DNA of 64,000 bases from Monocercomonoides exilis PA203 (taxonomy: Eukaryota; Protista; Preaxostyla): NCBI GenBank assembly GCA_001643675.2, contig LSRY02000048.1, positions 248,001 through 312,000 on the forward strand. The letters are read 5' to 3'. Below, one piece after another: positions 25,482 to 41,300 of this stretch. Each line of letters begins with the position of its first letter. The stretch's first letter is position 1. A program made the position numbers and the translations under genes. The notes under the pieces are model-generated. The model was not told where the DNA came from. It did no database searches and saw nothing but the letters and a program-made list of their open reading frames with translations.

Positions 25482-26779
25482 ATGGTTGAAGACGATCAGA
25501 AACAGAGAATCAAGGAAATGAACGGAATTATGGATAATATGAACGAAGATGAATTTAAATCCGTTTTCACAAAAGAACTTTTTGATTCAATGTACAAAAT
25601 GATTGAAGATGAGAAACTTTCAATGGATAATGCAATTTTGTTGCTAAAGCGTGTTGGATATTGCAAAGTGTTGAAAGAAGCATGCTGTCTGGGTTTTGAA
25701 GAATCTTCTTTGGACCAAAGATTTAAAAAGATGATTGTTGTCGAATATGAGAAGAAAGAAGAAAAGGATGAAAAACTCTTTGTTGATCTTTGTGAATGCT
25801 ATCTGATGCTTAACGATCGGTTTTTTTTGGAATTGCTTCTAATCTGTGTGACTTGTCTTTTGAAAGTTGCATCTAATAAAGAGGAAAACGAAGAAACACG
25901 AAAAGAAGTGGAAATGGCTTTTCTAGCTTTGACTGGCATTGGGTGTTGGGGGGTTTGAAACTTCTTTGTGTTTCTTTGTTTTCCTTTTGAATTGGAATGC
26001 AATTTCTAAAATAGAAGATAGGAAAAAAACTTTATCTGAATAAGTTGATAGATATCATCAAATATCAACAGATGCATCGAAATTTAAGTCCATTTGCTTG
26101 TGAATCGGCTTGGAAGTTTTTGATTAATAGAATGTGCTTCGACAGAAAATTGGAAAGAGCAGTTGTGAAAGAGCTGCATTTTGCTAGGGAAGCAGCAAAT
26201 GAGCTTGAAGAATTATCGAAATGTGTGGATTGGAAGAAGAAAAAAGAGGAAATGAGCAGAGAAGAAACGAAAGAAGATAATATGATAAAGAGATGGATAC
26301 AAACATTGACGTCTTTTTTTTCCTTTTGCCAAACGTGGAATGAAGAGAATTCTAACCTAATTGTGATTGTTGTTCGAGTGTTCAGAGAGGCAAAGGAAAA
26401 TCGAAAGGAAATTAGTTTGTTGTGCATTCAATCTTTAAGAAAAGCTTCGGAAAACAACGCAGTGGAAGTTGATGATTTGTTGAAAGGTGAAGCAATTGAT
26501 GCTATCATGGAGGAGAATTTCCGATCAACGTTGAATGACGAAATCACTAGTGAAATCTTGAAATTTTTTCAAATGATTTCAAGTCGATTGAAAGAAAAGG
26601 GGAAAGGAAAAATGGAAGAAGCGAAAAGAAAAACAACTAAAAGGGAGATATTTGACAATTTGGAAGAAGAAGGATATGAAGATATCATCACTAGCTTTCA
26701 TGATATGCTCACATTTTCGGGTGTGGATTTGAATGCTCAATATGAGAAAATTCAACAGATTTTTTTTGTGAATGTTTGA
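25482..26779 (+). CDS. Member of a lineage-expanded all-helical hypothetical protein family (copy 1); true start probably slightly upstream
   Basis: Two ORFs joined by an intron near 25953-26010. Motifs DLCECY, KEVEMAFLAL, SAWKFL, VDWKKK and LEEEGYED are shared with the copies at 28-29 kb and 54-55 kb. Confidence 0.7.
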
Positions 26780-27981
26780 TAAAATGAGATGTTTAGAATT
26801 TTGCAAACTCAAAATTTTTATTTATTTTTCATTCAGTATCATATCACATTCAACAAACGTAAAGTTTGTTTCATTTCTTTTTCTTTTTCATTTCTTTGAA
26901 ATTCTGTAAAGCAAAAAAATTATGAAATGCAAACATTCATTATCTTCTTTTCTTTGGGAAAAAAAATTATCTCTGAATATCCCATCTATTCGCAAGTTTC
27001 AAGAATTAATGATATTTTCTTTCTTGTTCGTTGTGTTCAGTCACCTCTTCTTTGATTTTTTTGAAACGCAAATGTTTTAACTGAACTGATGTAGTGAATG
27101 AAACAACAGAAACACAAAAAGGGTGTTCATGGGAAGTGAATGAATGTGAAAAAAAAGAAGAAGCCATCTTTTGATGGTCAATGAGTCAATTCCTGATCCT
27201 CAATCATATCTTCATTCTTTATCAAATCTCCTCTTCCTCCCTTGATTGGGTGTGTTTTTCATTCAATTTTTCTCTTTCATTTTATTGGCATTCCTTTTCA
27301 GTTTCCAATTTTTCTTTCCAAATCATCAAGAAACATTTACAGTCAATTGCAAATGAGCCAGAAGAAAAGAATTCTTGAATTCCGTGGTTGGAGTGAATGC
27401 TTATTCTTTTCTCGCAGTTGGCAGAATTTCAGCCAATTCAGATGCAGACACCTCACCAACAGATGTGCTGTTTTCTTTCCAGGCTTCCTTTTCGGTGCTT
27501 TTCATCTGTTTCATCTTTTGGCTTTGTGAGGTGAGTTGAAAGTTGATCTTTCAGACTCTCAGAAGAAGTCTCGAATCGATGCGTGAAATGGAATAGGATG
27601 GTTCACCCTGAGAAGGAAAAGACGATAAGAGTGAAACAGAAGAAGAAAATGAAGATGGATTGATTGATGAAATGAAAACTGATGTTGTGGAAGTGAATAA
27701 TTGTTTGAGTGAGATTGAAGCAGAAGCAGAAGGCGATCATGAGAAGACTGACGGAAAAGAATGAATATTCTGCAATTTTATGTTAAGTATTCTTATTGTC
27801 CAACCAAAAAAAGCTGCTTTTGAAAGATATCTTTTTTTCTCTCTTCTCCTCTTCTTTTTCTCTTTTATCATTAATTGTTTATTTTTGCAATCTGTCTCTT
27901 CTGAATCTCTATTTCCATTCCATTCTTCTTCTGCTTTTCTGAAACTTCAACAGAACGAACAGAATTGAAAAGAATATTCTT

Positions 27982-29556
27982 TTAATGGACGCACAAAAAA
28001 ATCTTCATATGTTGTAACCAAATTATCATCTCCAAACATCTCATTAACATTGGACAGCTGAAATTTGAGAATGTTATCTTCGTATCCTTCTTCTTCCATC
28101 TTTTAAAATATTTTTCTTTTCATTTCATTTCTTTTCGCTTCTTCTATTTTATCATCCTCTTCTTTCAATCCACTTGATCATGCTACAAAAAATACCAAGC
28201 AACCGCATGTCATTTCGTCATCAAGTGTTATTTGCTGAATCTCCTCCAAAAACACATCAACAGCTCCACTTTTCAGCAATCTATCAATTTGAATATTTCC
28301 TTTTCCCACCAAAGTTTGTATATATTGAATGCACATCTCACAAATTTCTCTGTGATTTCCCTTTGTTGCTCCAAATACTTGAACAATACTCCCGACAAGC
28401 CTCATATTCTCTTCACTCCTCGATTTGCATAAGTCAATGAAAAGCTTCAACAATCTGATCCATCTCTTTGAAACATTTGCTTCTTTCATTTTTTCTTCAC
28501 TTATTTCCTCTTTTTTCTTCTTCCAATCCACACATTTCGATAATTCTTCAAGCTTTTTTGCCGCTTCTCTGATCAAATGAAACTCTTTCATTGTGATGCT
28601 TTCGAATTTTTTAGTAGAGTCTAATCTGTTTATCAAAAAATTCCAAGCCGATTGATAGGCAAGTTGAGTCAGATTCCGATGTTCTTGATGAAAAATGATG
28701 ATCTCTTTGATTTCATCCAAGATAAGTTCTCTTTCAACATACTTATCAGAAAATAAGAAAAAATCAATAATATGATAAATAAAATAGAAATGCTCATTCG
28801 CAAAGTGCGTCAACGCAACTCAACGTCAGTAAGGCCATTTCCACATCTTTATGTGTTTCTTCGTTTTCCTCTTTCTTCAATGCAATTTTTCAGAAGACAC
28901 AGCACGCAAATTGAAAGTAATTCGTTTGAAGCCATTCCATTTCTCAGTATCAAATAACATTCATAAAGATTGGCCAGTAGATTTTCGTTTTTGTCTTTCT
29001 TTCTCTTCTCTTCTTCAGAAATTATCTCCTCAATTATTTTGCTCGATGAAGAACCAGTAAAACTGTCACTCCAAGTACCTTTCAGAACTTTGCACTATCC
29101 CATGTTTTTCAACAGAACAAGTGTATTTTCCAAAAGCATTTCCTTTTCTTCAATCATTTCGCCAATTTTGTTGAAGAACTCTTTTTCGAAAATGAATACA
29201 AATTCATCTTCATCCATCTCATCCATAAGTTCGTTCATTTCCTCGATTATCAATATCTGATCATCTTCAACGCAATGTTCAAGTTCAGAAAATAACTCTT
29301 CAATAATTTCAAAAATAATCAAAACATTAAAATCTCAATCTGCATAATAAAACAACAAACTCATATATGTTTCAATAATCTCTTAATGAAAATATTCAAC
29401 AAGATAATCCTTATCATATGACTCATAATCATCAATGTTGTACATATAATCATCTTCCTCTTCTTCTTTTTGTAAAAAAAAATCATCATCACTGTAATAA
29501 TAATCTTCTTCCTCTGCATCCTCTTCAGCATTATATAGTGCATTCTCTTCGTTCAT
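27982..29556 (-). pseudogene. Disrupted copy of the same helical hypothetical family (copy 2)
   Basis: LFSELEHC..., RNLTQLAYQSAWNFL, VDWKKK and MEEEGYED are present but interrupted by stops (29095, 28178, ~28104) and frameshifts. Confidence 0.75.
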
Positions 29557-30089
29557 TATTTGTTCTGAGCATATGAAAAATAACTGGAAATTTGAAAAAA
29601 AGACAACAGTCAAATACAAACATCTTTATTTTTCAAACAAGTACTGAGAAAACGTTATTTATCGCAGATAAACTTGATAAGTATATGCTGTTTCAAGAAA
29701 ATAACTTGAATAAAGCCTGTTCAATGCGTTTTGCTTGGAAGATCAAGCAAATCATTTTTTCTTTAAAGTGATCAATCCTATAAAAATTCAAAAAAAAGGA
29801 TGTTGTTTGACGCAGAATATTTTGCTTTCAATATTTTTTCCATTCAACATTTTTGAACCTTTCTCGAAATTCAATAATATTCCAATATTTTTTTGCACCA
29901 TAATGTTAGACTGATTGTGAAATGCAAGCAGAAAAAGTTTGGGACAAATAGTTGTTTTTTTAAATAAGCAAAGATTATACTCCAAAAATCAGATTAAAAC
30001 CATAACCTTATGAAAAATTGAATCAAAACTTAAAATAAATAAACAAACAAATTGATATGATTGAAGAAATGAATGATCATGAAATGAAT

Positions 30090-32226
<2,137 letters not shown>

Positions 32227-32733
32227 AAAACAGTTAAAAAATTTCACCCATACTCATATAAATATGCAAATGAAAAAAGTTTTTCATTTTTTTAAAAAAT
32301 GTTCACTAATTAAAATTATGAATTATTTCATTGCAATATATAGTATTATTAAAATTTGTGCGTGCAATGAGAATCCATTTGTGAAAAAAATTAAATATTA
32401 TTTGAAAATACATATTGTATATTAATTCTCAAAATTTCAAATCATCAGCATCCTTAAAGTGTATATTTACACATTTTGAACATAAGAGACCAAATAAAAA
32501 AAGCAACAATACGAAAAAGATCTTCTGAAATTAAATGAAAGAACTTTTATTCAAGATATGAACACTACAATCTTTGCATAATGGAATAAAAAAAATTATA
32601 AATAAAATCTATTTGAACTAATATAATTATAAAAACCATAATAGCATCACCACATTCACTATAACAAAACAAATAAAGTGTAACCTATATTTTTCTTTTT
32701 TTCTTTTTTTCCTCAAACCATCAAAAAAACACT

Positions 32734-34948
32734 CTAAGAATAATACGAATCACAACGCTGCCCATTCCCATAATATTCCCTTTCCCTTCCTTCGCCCTCA
32801 TTCGTAATCCTTTGGCTCCTCTGTCTCTTTGGATATCCTTTGCATTTGACTGACTTGATGTCCCTGCCAATGACACGCCGGCAGCGGAACAGAAACCAGT
32901 CGCAGGTGTCTTTGCAGGGCAGCAGAGTGATTGGAGATGAGGCAGAATAAGAATTAGAAGAGGAAGGAGAAGAAGAGGAAGAAGAGGAAGAGGAAGAAGA
33001 AGAAGCAGAAGAAGAAGTCATATTTGAATTTGAACTTGAACTCATTTCCTTATTTTTGGCTTTTGCATATGCGTATCTGAGTGACTGGTGCTTTGGAGGT
33101 TGCTGTTGTGGAGACTGCTCTGCTGAATGTGCCGCTGTGTCTATCTTATTCATCCATTTCCCTTCTTTTCCTTCTTTTCCTTTTTTTCCTTGTTTCCCCT
33201 GCATTTCATTGAACGACACATTGAACCACTGATCAACCGGCGGGTCGGGGAAAGGAAAGACAAAATGCGACAGCTCGTCTCTGTGCGCATAGCGTGGCAC
33301 TGTTGAGCACACACCTTCAAAATAGCCGTCGTCTTCATCGTCTGCCATGCTGTCGTTCTCATACTCTATATCACTTTCATCATCACCTTCTTCTTCTTCC
33401 TTCTTTTCTGAATCTCCAGCACCAAATGCAAACGACGAATTCCCCATCAACCTTGTGAATTCATCATCTTCTTCTTCCTCCTCTTCTTCCTCTTCTTCTC
33501 CCCTCTTTCCAACTCCAATCCCTTCTCCATTGCTCCTCCCCAATCTGCTTCCTTCATACTGCTCATCCCCTGCCGCCTCCTCGATCACACGAGGAAACGC
33601 ATCAGCACACAGAAACTTCTTTGCATACCGCAGACACTCTGTCGCTGTCCGGTCTGCCTCGATTTTCGCCAGCAGCAGCTGGATCGCCTGCTCCAGCACT
33701 TCCTGTTTTTCTGTCAGACACACTTTGTACTTTCGCACACGCGGACACACCGAAGAAGTGATCTTCGCTATGACACCTTTCTTCCCTTTGTGCATGCAGC
33801 TCTGCCCGTCTACAGGGGATAGCGGGTCGTCTGGGGAGTCTGGGTTCACAGGATGCACGGGATCGGGCTTGGGAGGAGAAGGCGGAGAAGGAGGTGATGG
33901 AGGAGAGGGAGGAGATGGAGTATCTGGTTTTGGCTCTGGCTCAGGTGGCGGCGGCAGCGCAGAAAAGATCGACTCCCAGCACTCGCTCTCGATCCCGCAG
34001 TGGTCGCTTCCCCGAAGAATGCGGAAGAACCCGCCTTCGCCCCAGTTCGACCCCCAGGAATTCTGACACAGCCAGTACGGAAGACTCTGGCCCTGGCTGT
34101 GATCAACGCCCCACCCCACGATTTTGATAGCATGCCCTCCCATCGACTTCCCGCTTCGATGGACATAAACACCACCCCTGTAGTTCTCAAAGTCTGAATA
34201 CACCATAAATCCTCCGGTGACAGAGCCACGCAAATATATTGCAGTTTTGATTTGTGTTTCTCCAACAAGATGTCTTGTTTCAACAGCCTTCCATTGATTT
34301 TGCCCTTCTTGAAAAGGTTGGCGATTGTCACAGCTCCATGGACACTGTGATTCTCTTCCACGGTATGAAACACATTCTTCAGTCACAACACCGTTTTTCT
34401 TCTGAAATTCTACTGTTGGTCCAAGAAATCCTCCTTTGCATCCCATGTTGCACTGCTGCATTCCGGAAGAAAGACATGTTCTATCACAACTCAAATGATA
34501 CTGAGGTGACATGAGTGTATTTGTTATTCCTGCCATGCATAAACGATCGGCAGCAATCCCTGATCCAGAAAATGTCCAACAAGCTCCGCATGTTCCTTGA
34601 TTCAAAATTGTTCGAAGAGAAAGGCATTGAGGGTACCTTTTACGTGGATCATAATCTTCTGGAAGTGATAATCCAAGTCTGTCTTCAATTGCATTTGATG
34701 GTCTTGCGTATTTCATTTTGTACTCCGTTGGTGAGAAAAACAAAGTATAACTGATATGCTTTGGGGGATCTGGATCGAATATTTCTGAGCTTGCATTCAT
34801 TCCAGCTAATTGTGAACACAGACGAGGGGTTTTTGGAGGTGGAGTTTGCGCAAAAACAAAGTTAAAAAGAAAAACCTAACAAAATCATAAATAAGTAAAA
34901 CATTTCTAAATTCTCATATAAATTAAAATATCATACAAAAGAAAGCAT
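32734..34948 (-). CDS. Secreted cathepsin B-like (papain C1A) cysteine protease with Pro-rich linker and C-terminal Frizzled-like cysteine-rich domain
   Basis: Catalytic motifs QGTCGACW, GGHAIKIVGWG and QNSWG are intact; ends CGIES. A 12-nt first exon (34937-34948) plus intron 34876-34936 gives signal peptide MLSFVFLFNFVFA. Confidence 0.92.
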
Positions 34949-35229
34949 TTTTGCACTGGAATGAAATATGAAAATATTGATCTCAAATTACTAACAAGAG
35001 AATCATTTTGGCAAATAAATGCTGTCTCCCAAACTAAAAATTTTTGAGCTTGATGAAATTTTTTTTTTAAAGGTGAAGTGTGAAAAAGAACGAAATACAA
35101 ACATTAAGAGAAAAATTTTCAGTGAAAGAGAAACTATCCTTTCCGCATTGAAAAATCAAGAAAATATTTGTCTCATTTATTTCATTTGTTTCATAAATTC
35201 ATAAATAAACAGTTAATATTGTAACAAAG

Positions 35230-36198
35230 TTAAGACTTGATGCCACACACATATCCACGCCCAACATCAACGTAACTTCTCTCAACAACCTGCCTTCCTT
35301 CTTTGTGTGTTTTTTCTATTAGCTTTGCAGCAGTGTCACTATTAAATCCGTTCTCCACCAAAACCTTCAACAATGTATCATCAGGCACCCCACGTTTTAT
35401 GCTAATTATAATGCATGTTGAAAAAGAAGAAAATATATTCATTTATCATTAAATTTAAGAATTAATTCAAAATGCATAAAATTGAAGTATCCAGAAAGCA
35501 TTCAATACAAACTTTTTATCAATCCATTCCAGCCATTCATCTGGAATTCTTGTCATCATTGATTCATATAAATCCAAAAATGAAACTTTTCCATCTCCAT
35601 TTGAATCAAGAGCCATGAACTCATCTATATAATCTCGAATTGCTTCATCTGCAACTCCCTCTTCTTTAAGAACTGTCTCTATTCCATCTGGCGTTATGAA
35701 TCCTCGATGAATTTTTGAAACGTCATATTTTTTGAACTGAGCAAGAACATTGAGCTCACAAATTTCTTCGCTTCTTCTCATTGCAACAAACTAAATTTTT
35801 ACTCATGAAATGAAATAAGAATTATAACATAATATAAACCTCCTTAAAGTTTATAACTCCATCGTGATCCGTGTCTACCCTTCGAATGATATCTTTAATC
35901 TTTTGCTAAATAATTTCATTCTCATAAAATGTGAACAAATATAAAAAGATAATACATTAGTCGGATATAGTCCAACTGACTTCATTACAGTTTTCACCTC
36001 ATCAAAATCTATAACTCCATCATTTTTCTTTCAAACGAAAATGTTTTTGAGAGATTCATTTTTTAAATAAGTTTGTAAATTACTAATAACATCCATAAAA
36101 ACGAAATAAATGCACACGACATCTAATTTCTTAAATATTTTCGCGATTGCATCTTCTGATTCTACGGAAATATCTTCTTCAGATTGTGAAGATGACAT
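35230..36198 (-). CDS. Calmodulin-like 4-EF-hand protein with an extra C-terminal helical domain
   Basis: EF loops D.RKNDGVIDFDE, DTDHDGVINFKE, DVSKIHRGFIT and DSNGDGKVSFLD spread across about five exons with GT-AG introns. Confidence 0.85.
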
Positions 36199-36341
36199 AG
36201 AGAAAAAAATATGGTTGAATATTTCCATAATTATAATTTGTTTGAATGATGTTTTTTTATGCAAACTTCGCAGTGCGAGGATATAATATATTATATATTT
36301 TTTTTTAATTTTTAATTGACTATTTAATAAAAATTTGTATT

Positions 36342-37916
36342 ATGCTACAGACATTAACGCATGTTTTGGCAGTTACATCATTTTTCAATTTCTTATCTTT
36401 TTTTGTGAGTTTTTTTGTTCCGTTAGATTATTTAATTCCGTTGTTTCCTTTCGTTGTATTTTTAACTTCAGTTCCGTATCGAATGTCGAATCTGAAGTTT
36501 TCTTGGAGGCAAATCACTGCACTCTCTTTGCATTTACTATGGTCTTTTTATCTTTTTATTCTTCTTTCAATAAGAATGTTAAGAAAAAAGAGGGATTTTC
36601 GTTTTGATGGAGTTCGTAAATCCGCTAAAGCAAGAGCACTGACATTCATCATTTTTGAATTGCTTCAGTTTTGTTATTCATTTCCAATTCAACTTTTGCT
36701 ATCGCAAAAACAAATTGCTTATTGCCCTATTACAGCTTTGGAATTGTTTGGATTTACGTGCGATTTTATAGGTTTGATGATAGAAATGATTGCAGATATT
36801 CAACTTGGAATTTTCTTGCAAAAAGATGAGAATATTGATATGTTATATTGCGATGGAATCTGGCAATTTTGTCAACATCCAAATTATCTTGGATTATTTA
36901 TTCGTCATTTTGGTGAAGCTGTCGTTTGCTTGCGTTGGGCAATTGGAACTTTATGGATATCATTCAACAATGGATCAAATTTATCTGAAAATGGAAGCAA
37001 TTTTCTTGTATTTTATCACGCAAAAATTATCTTCTCGATTATTATTGAGTTTACATTAATTACTGGATGTTTTGTTGCTGCTTTATTTGTTGTTTATTTC
37101 TTTACAGGAACAAAATCTGTTGAAAAGTTTGAATTTTTCTTTCTTTCTTTTTTTTTTTTTTTTTATGAAAACCTAATTACTTTTTTTAACATTAACAATA
37201 ACAGGAGACTTTTTTTGAAGCACGTCAGCAACTCTGATTTTCATCGATGGAAATGCTTCACTTATTCGTTTGTGCCAACTCTTACGTTCTACCGGCTTCG
37301 GAAAGCAGAGGAAAAGTTGGAGCGCGAAAACAGATCTTCAGAGAATAATGACTCACGCAGAAGAAAACGCCAAAGAAACGGAAAAGCGTCAAAGGATAAA
37401 AAAGAAGGGGCGTTCAAAAGAATAGGAAAATGGAAAGAAGCCAAGCTTTCCCGCTCCAAAAGGAGGATGGGGCAGATGCAGGAATCTATTGCTTCGTCCG
37501 TTCAAGAGATGGGCCGCGTGCCAGAGTCTTATATCCAGCCGAAGCAAAGCAGCATTTATTACCCTGACAATTACACCTCAAGCAAATTCAGTTTCGGAAT
37601 GACTGCTTCAAAAAGCCACTTGCAGCCGGTTGATCCTCTTGCAAATAGCTCATTCGAAGAAATTTCTGCCCCGCTGCTGTTCATTAAACCTGAGCCAGTT
37701 TCCTTCACATTGCCTTTTCTGGAACCTCTTCCGCTGCCTCAGCCAGAAGAATCAGAAAGTGGTAAGAATTTAGACACTGCTACAAGTTATGCGAAATATG
37801 ATCTTTCTGCTCGAGAAAACGATTTTGGAGACGGATGCAGCGGGAATAGCAAGCGACCGCTTCCATATGGTTGTTCTGCTAATCTATGGATGGAAGAAGG
37901 AAGCGGCATATTTTAA
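36342..37916 (+). CDS. DUF1295 / steroid 5-alpha-reductase-like membrane protein
   Basis: Multiple TM segments; D.RFDG.R, EMIADIQL..F and GIWQFCQHPNYLG motifs; in-frame intron 37127-37204; basic then Pro/Ser-rich C-terminal tail. Confidence 0.85.
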   Translation: MLQTLTHVLAVTSFFNFLSFFVSFFVPLDYLIPLFPFVVFLTSVPYRMSNLKFSWRQITALSLHLLWSFYLFILLSIRMLRKKRDFRFDGVRKSAKARALTFIIFELLQFCYSFPIQLLLSQKQIAYCPITALELFGFTCDFIGLMIEMIADIQLGIFLQKDENIDMLYCDGIWQFCQHPNYLGLFIRHFGEAVVCLRWAIGTLWISFNNGSNLSENGSNFLVFYHAKIIFSIIIEFTLITGCFVAALFVVYFFTGTKSVEKFEFFFLSFFFFFYENLITFFNINNNRRLFLKHVSNSDFHRWKCFTYSFVPTLTFYRLRKAEEKLERENRSSENNDSRRRKRQRNGKASKDKKEGAFKRIGKWKEAKLSRSKRRMGQMQESIASSVQEMGRVPESYIQPKQSSIYYPDNYTSSKFSFGMTASKSHLQPVDPLANSSFEEISAPLLFIKPEPVSFTLPFLEPLPLPQPEESESGKNLDTATSYAKYDLSARENDFGDGCSGNSKRPLPYGCSANLWMEEGSGIF

Positions 37917-38360
37917 TAGGAAAAATGAATTTTTGAAAATTGCTCAGCAGATGCAATAATGTTCGAAGACATATCGTTTCCTCTAACTTTGCAATGAAAT
38001 TTTCATAGCAATTATTTTTATCGTATTTTTTTTAACATATATTTATGCTTATTTTGGGCGAGATGTGCACGCAGGTAAACTATTTATTCTGCTGTTGCGA
38101 GTCTTGTGAAAGTATTTTATGTTATGCACGTTTTTAGCACATTTTTCTATCATATTTCTTCATATTTTTCTCTTTAAAAAAAGGCATGTTCCAAAAATCA
38201 TAATAATTTGAATACATTAAAATAATATATATCTTGTTTGCTACTGCATCGAATTAATTTGCAGTTAATTCGAAAACAAAGGATCAGAGAAAAAAAAATT
38301 GATCAAAGATAAAAATTGTTTTCCATTCATTAAAAATTGGTATTATTTCCAAAAAGAGAT

Positions 38361-41300
38361 TTAAAAAAGTCTCCCAGCACTTCTATTAGTTAGAGAATCA
38401 TCTAGAGTTGCATCCATTTCTTCAATAAACTCTTCTTTAACTAATTTTCTCATTTTTTCCTTTTGTGAATCCTGGAAAACGGAGTCAAGCTTTCTCTTCA
38501 CTTTTTTTCCACATGGCCAGTTGATGTTTAAAATTGTTTCAACAATTGGCAAAATATTTCCCACAAAACCCAGATAAACAAATGTTCCTCCAAGAGATGA
38601 AAAGAACATCATTAAACTTACTTTGAAAGTGTGGCGTGTTATCAAAGAAGTTTTGTCCAGCTTGAAGAAAATGTTCATACCAAATCCGTAACTATCAAAA
38701 AGATCCTTTTCATTAGCAATTGAACCAATATCAAAGGACATTTTATTAACAAGATGCCCCTTTCCTGGACCAAATGATTGTATAACATTTCTTTTATAAT
38801 AAACTGAATGGAAAAGTTCAACTGTCACATTCGTTGAGATTGGCCCTCCAAGCACACTGTCGTAATCATTGACATAAACTTGTTCAAGGAATGAAGTTTG
38901 ATTTTGCTTATTTCTTGGTCTCTTTTGTTCCGGAATTGCTGAATCGACACTGACAAAAACTTTTATTGCTCTGCAATTTGCGCTTCTTTCTTCGGAATGA
39001 AAAGAAAAATAATCAAGCGTATCTTTTTGAAGTTTCTTGCTTATTTCAATTTCTGGAAATTTTAAACTGCAATCATGTGTTTCTGGATAATATTTCCTAT
39101 CAGAATGACTTTGATAACAAGTTGGACTTACCACAATTTCGCTGTTTTCTTTCAAATCTGAAAAGTTCAATTTACAAACTATAAATAAATAAATAAATCA
39201 TAAAACATTCACACTGAAAGGATCATATTGTGTTTTACCAATTCCAAGTTTTTCTGAACAAGTTCCAGATGTTTCAGTTGAAAAATCAGCTCCCTCAACA
39301 CAACTTCCAGCATAATCAATTAATGTCACCTCCACCAAAACTTTTTTGTTTTCAAACATAGAATTTTCTCTAGTTGCATCATCCATTGAAGAGTCCATGA
39401 AAGTTTTTGTCTCTTCAATATTTAAAAAGAAAAAATCTATGAAAATTTGTAGGGCAAACCCAAAAACAAGTGAAATGCCAATAATTGATAATAAGCCACC
39501 CAATGTGGTTTTTCTAATATACTTGACAGAAGAATGAGTTACAGGATCAATTGTGTCAAAATATTTATCTGAGAATCTGTCCAATTTGAATAAATGAGCT
39601 TTTGTTGGTAAGCAAAGAAGCATTATAGCCACCAATACACCTACTCCAACTGGAATGGCTAACACACATATTTTTACACTTAACTCATATTTATTTGGTC
39701 TCAATGAAGATGGCTGAGAAAGAGTAGATTTATTTTCATAACCTTTGTTCTCAGCCGCTGAACCTATTGGACACGAAAACCCATCTGAGCAATTCTTATA
39801 ACGATCTGATTTTGATTCATTCGTAAAATGACCTTTTGGAACTGCCTTGCATCCAAAATGTTTTGCTTCTTTGTCTTTATCATAAGTTCCTGGAGGGCAA
39901 TTTGTGCAATTCATACTTTTATAACTATCTGGATATTCACCATTATCACAATCAACGCATTTTCCATCACTTTCTTTTGATCCTTGAGCACAAGGAAATA
40001 AATTAGTGAGATTGAAAATGCGAATTGTATCAACTGCGCCAAGTGCAATTGTTCTGTCTTTATTCACTTGTCTTCCTCCATAGCAAACAACACTTCTTTG
40101 GTAAACTGTGCACCCTGCTTCAACAATATCAAGATGAAATTCTTTTCCCAAAACACTACCATCATCTTCTGTTACCTTTGCTTTTCCGAATTCGTCAAAT
40201 TCAATGATCTTGAATGAATCCATTGCAAGTTCTCCTTTTTTTCCTCCAAACATAAGAACTCTATTTCTCATTGGTAATGCCAAACCATCAATGTGATGAA
40301 AGATTAATTTTTCATCATTTTCTTTGCGTTCTTCGGCTGTTTTTGAAGATCTCCAAAATGAATTTGATTTCATTCGATTCTTTCGAGTTAAATTGCTATT
40401 GAGAGTTGAGTTATTTATTGGTTTGAAATCATCATTTGGATCCCAAAGGGAAAATGAAATAAACGGTTGTACTCCTATTTGGCCTCCAATTGACACCAAT
40501 AAGGGCCTCGCATTTGTGCTGGCATTTTTGATTTTGTGGGTTTTGTTTGCAATGTTAGCTTCTGAATAATGTGGAAGGGATCTATATCCTTTTGAATTGA
40601 TGCTTGTCAAATTTTTTGCTTTTCCAAACAAACTTTCATTCATGATATTTTCACTTGAAGAATTTGGAATTGTCATATTCATTACAAAAAGGGCTGGCTT
40701 GAACGCTTCCACCCCTTCGTTGTAAATCTTCCATGTTCCAGTTCCAAAATTAAAAACGGACAGATCTTTGTTCATTTTTCCATCAGATAATTCACCACCC
40801 AAAACAATCAAATAGTCCATAAAAATTGTTGCAGATGCTCCATAAACAGGTTTCGGTTGTTTTTGCGAATCTTTTCCTAATTGTTTCCATGAATAAAGTT
40901 CAAAAGAATACTCCCACAATTCGTTTGAAGGTTCTGTTTTTCCTGTCTGCGGATTTGGTCCCAAACCTCCAAATATTAGCATTCGTCCATAATCCAAACA
41001 AACAGCAGACAATTCCCTTGCAGGAGGAATTATTGGAGAATACTCTGTTGGTATTTCTTCCCAACGATTTCCATCTTTAAAACAAACATAAAAATCGTTA
41101 TATATTTCTCCTGAAATTGGATCGCGGCCACCATATAAAAAAAACTGTTCATTAATGCTTCCCATTATGGGATTCAAACGAGGTGAAGGTGCAAATCCTT
41201 CAGATGGGATTAATAAACAAAACTGGGAATCACATTCATTTGAATTAATAAATGAATTTGGCAAAGTTGAGCCCTTTTTCATTTCACGATTTCTCCAATT

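Noticed and set aside
27030-27770. Possible gene between the two family copies
   Set aside because: Coding-like composition but stops in all frames and no recognisable motif.
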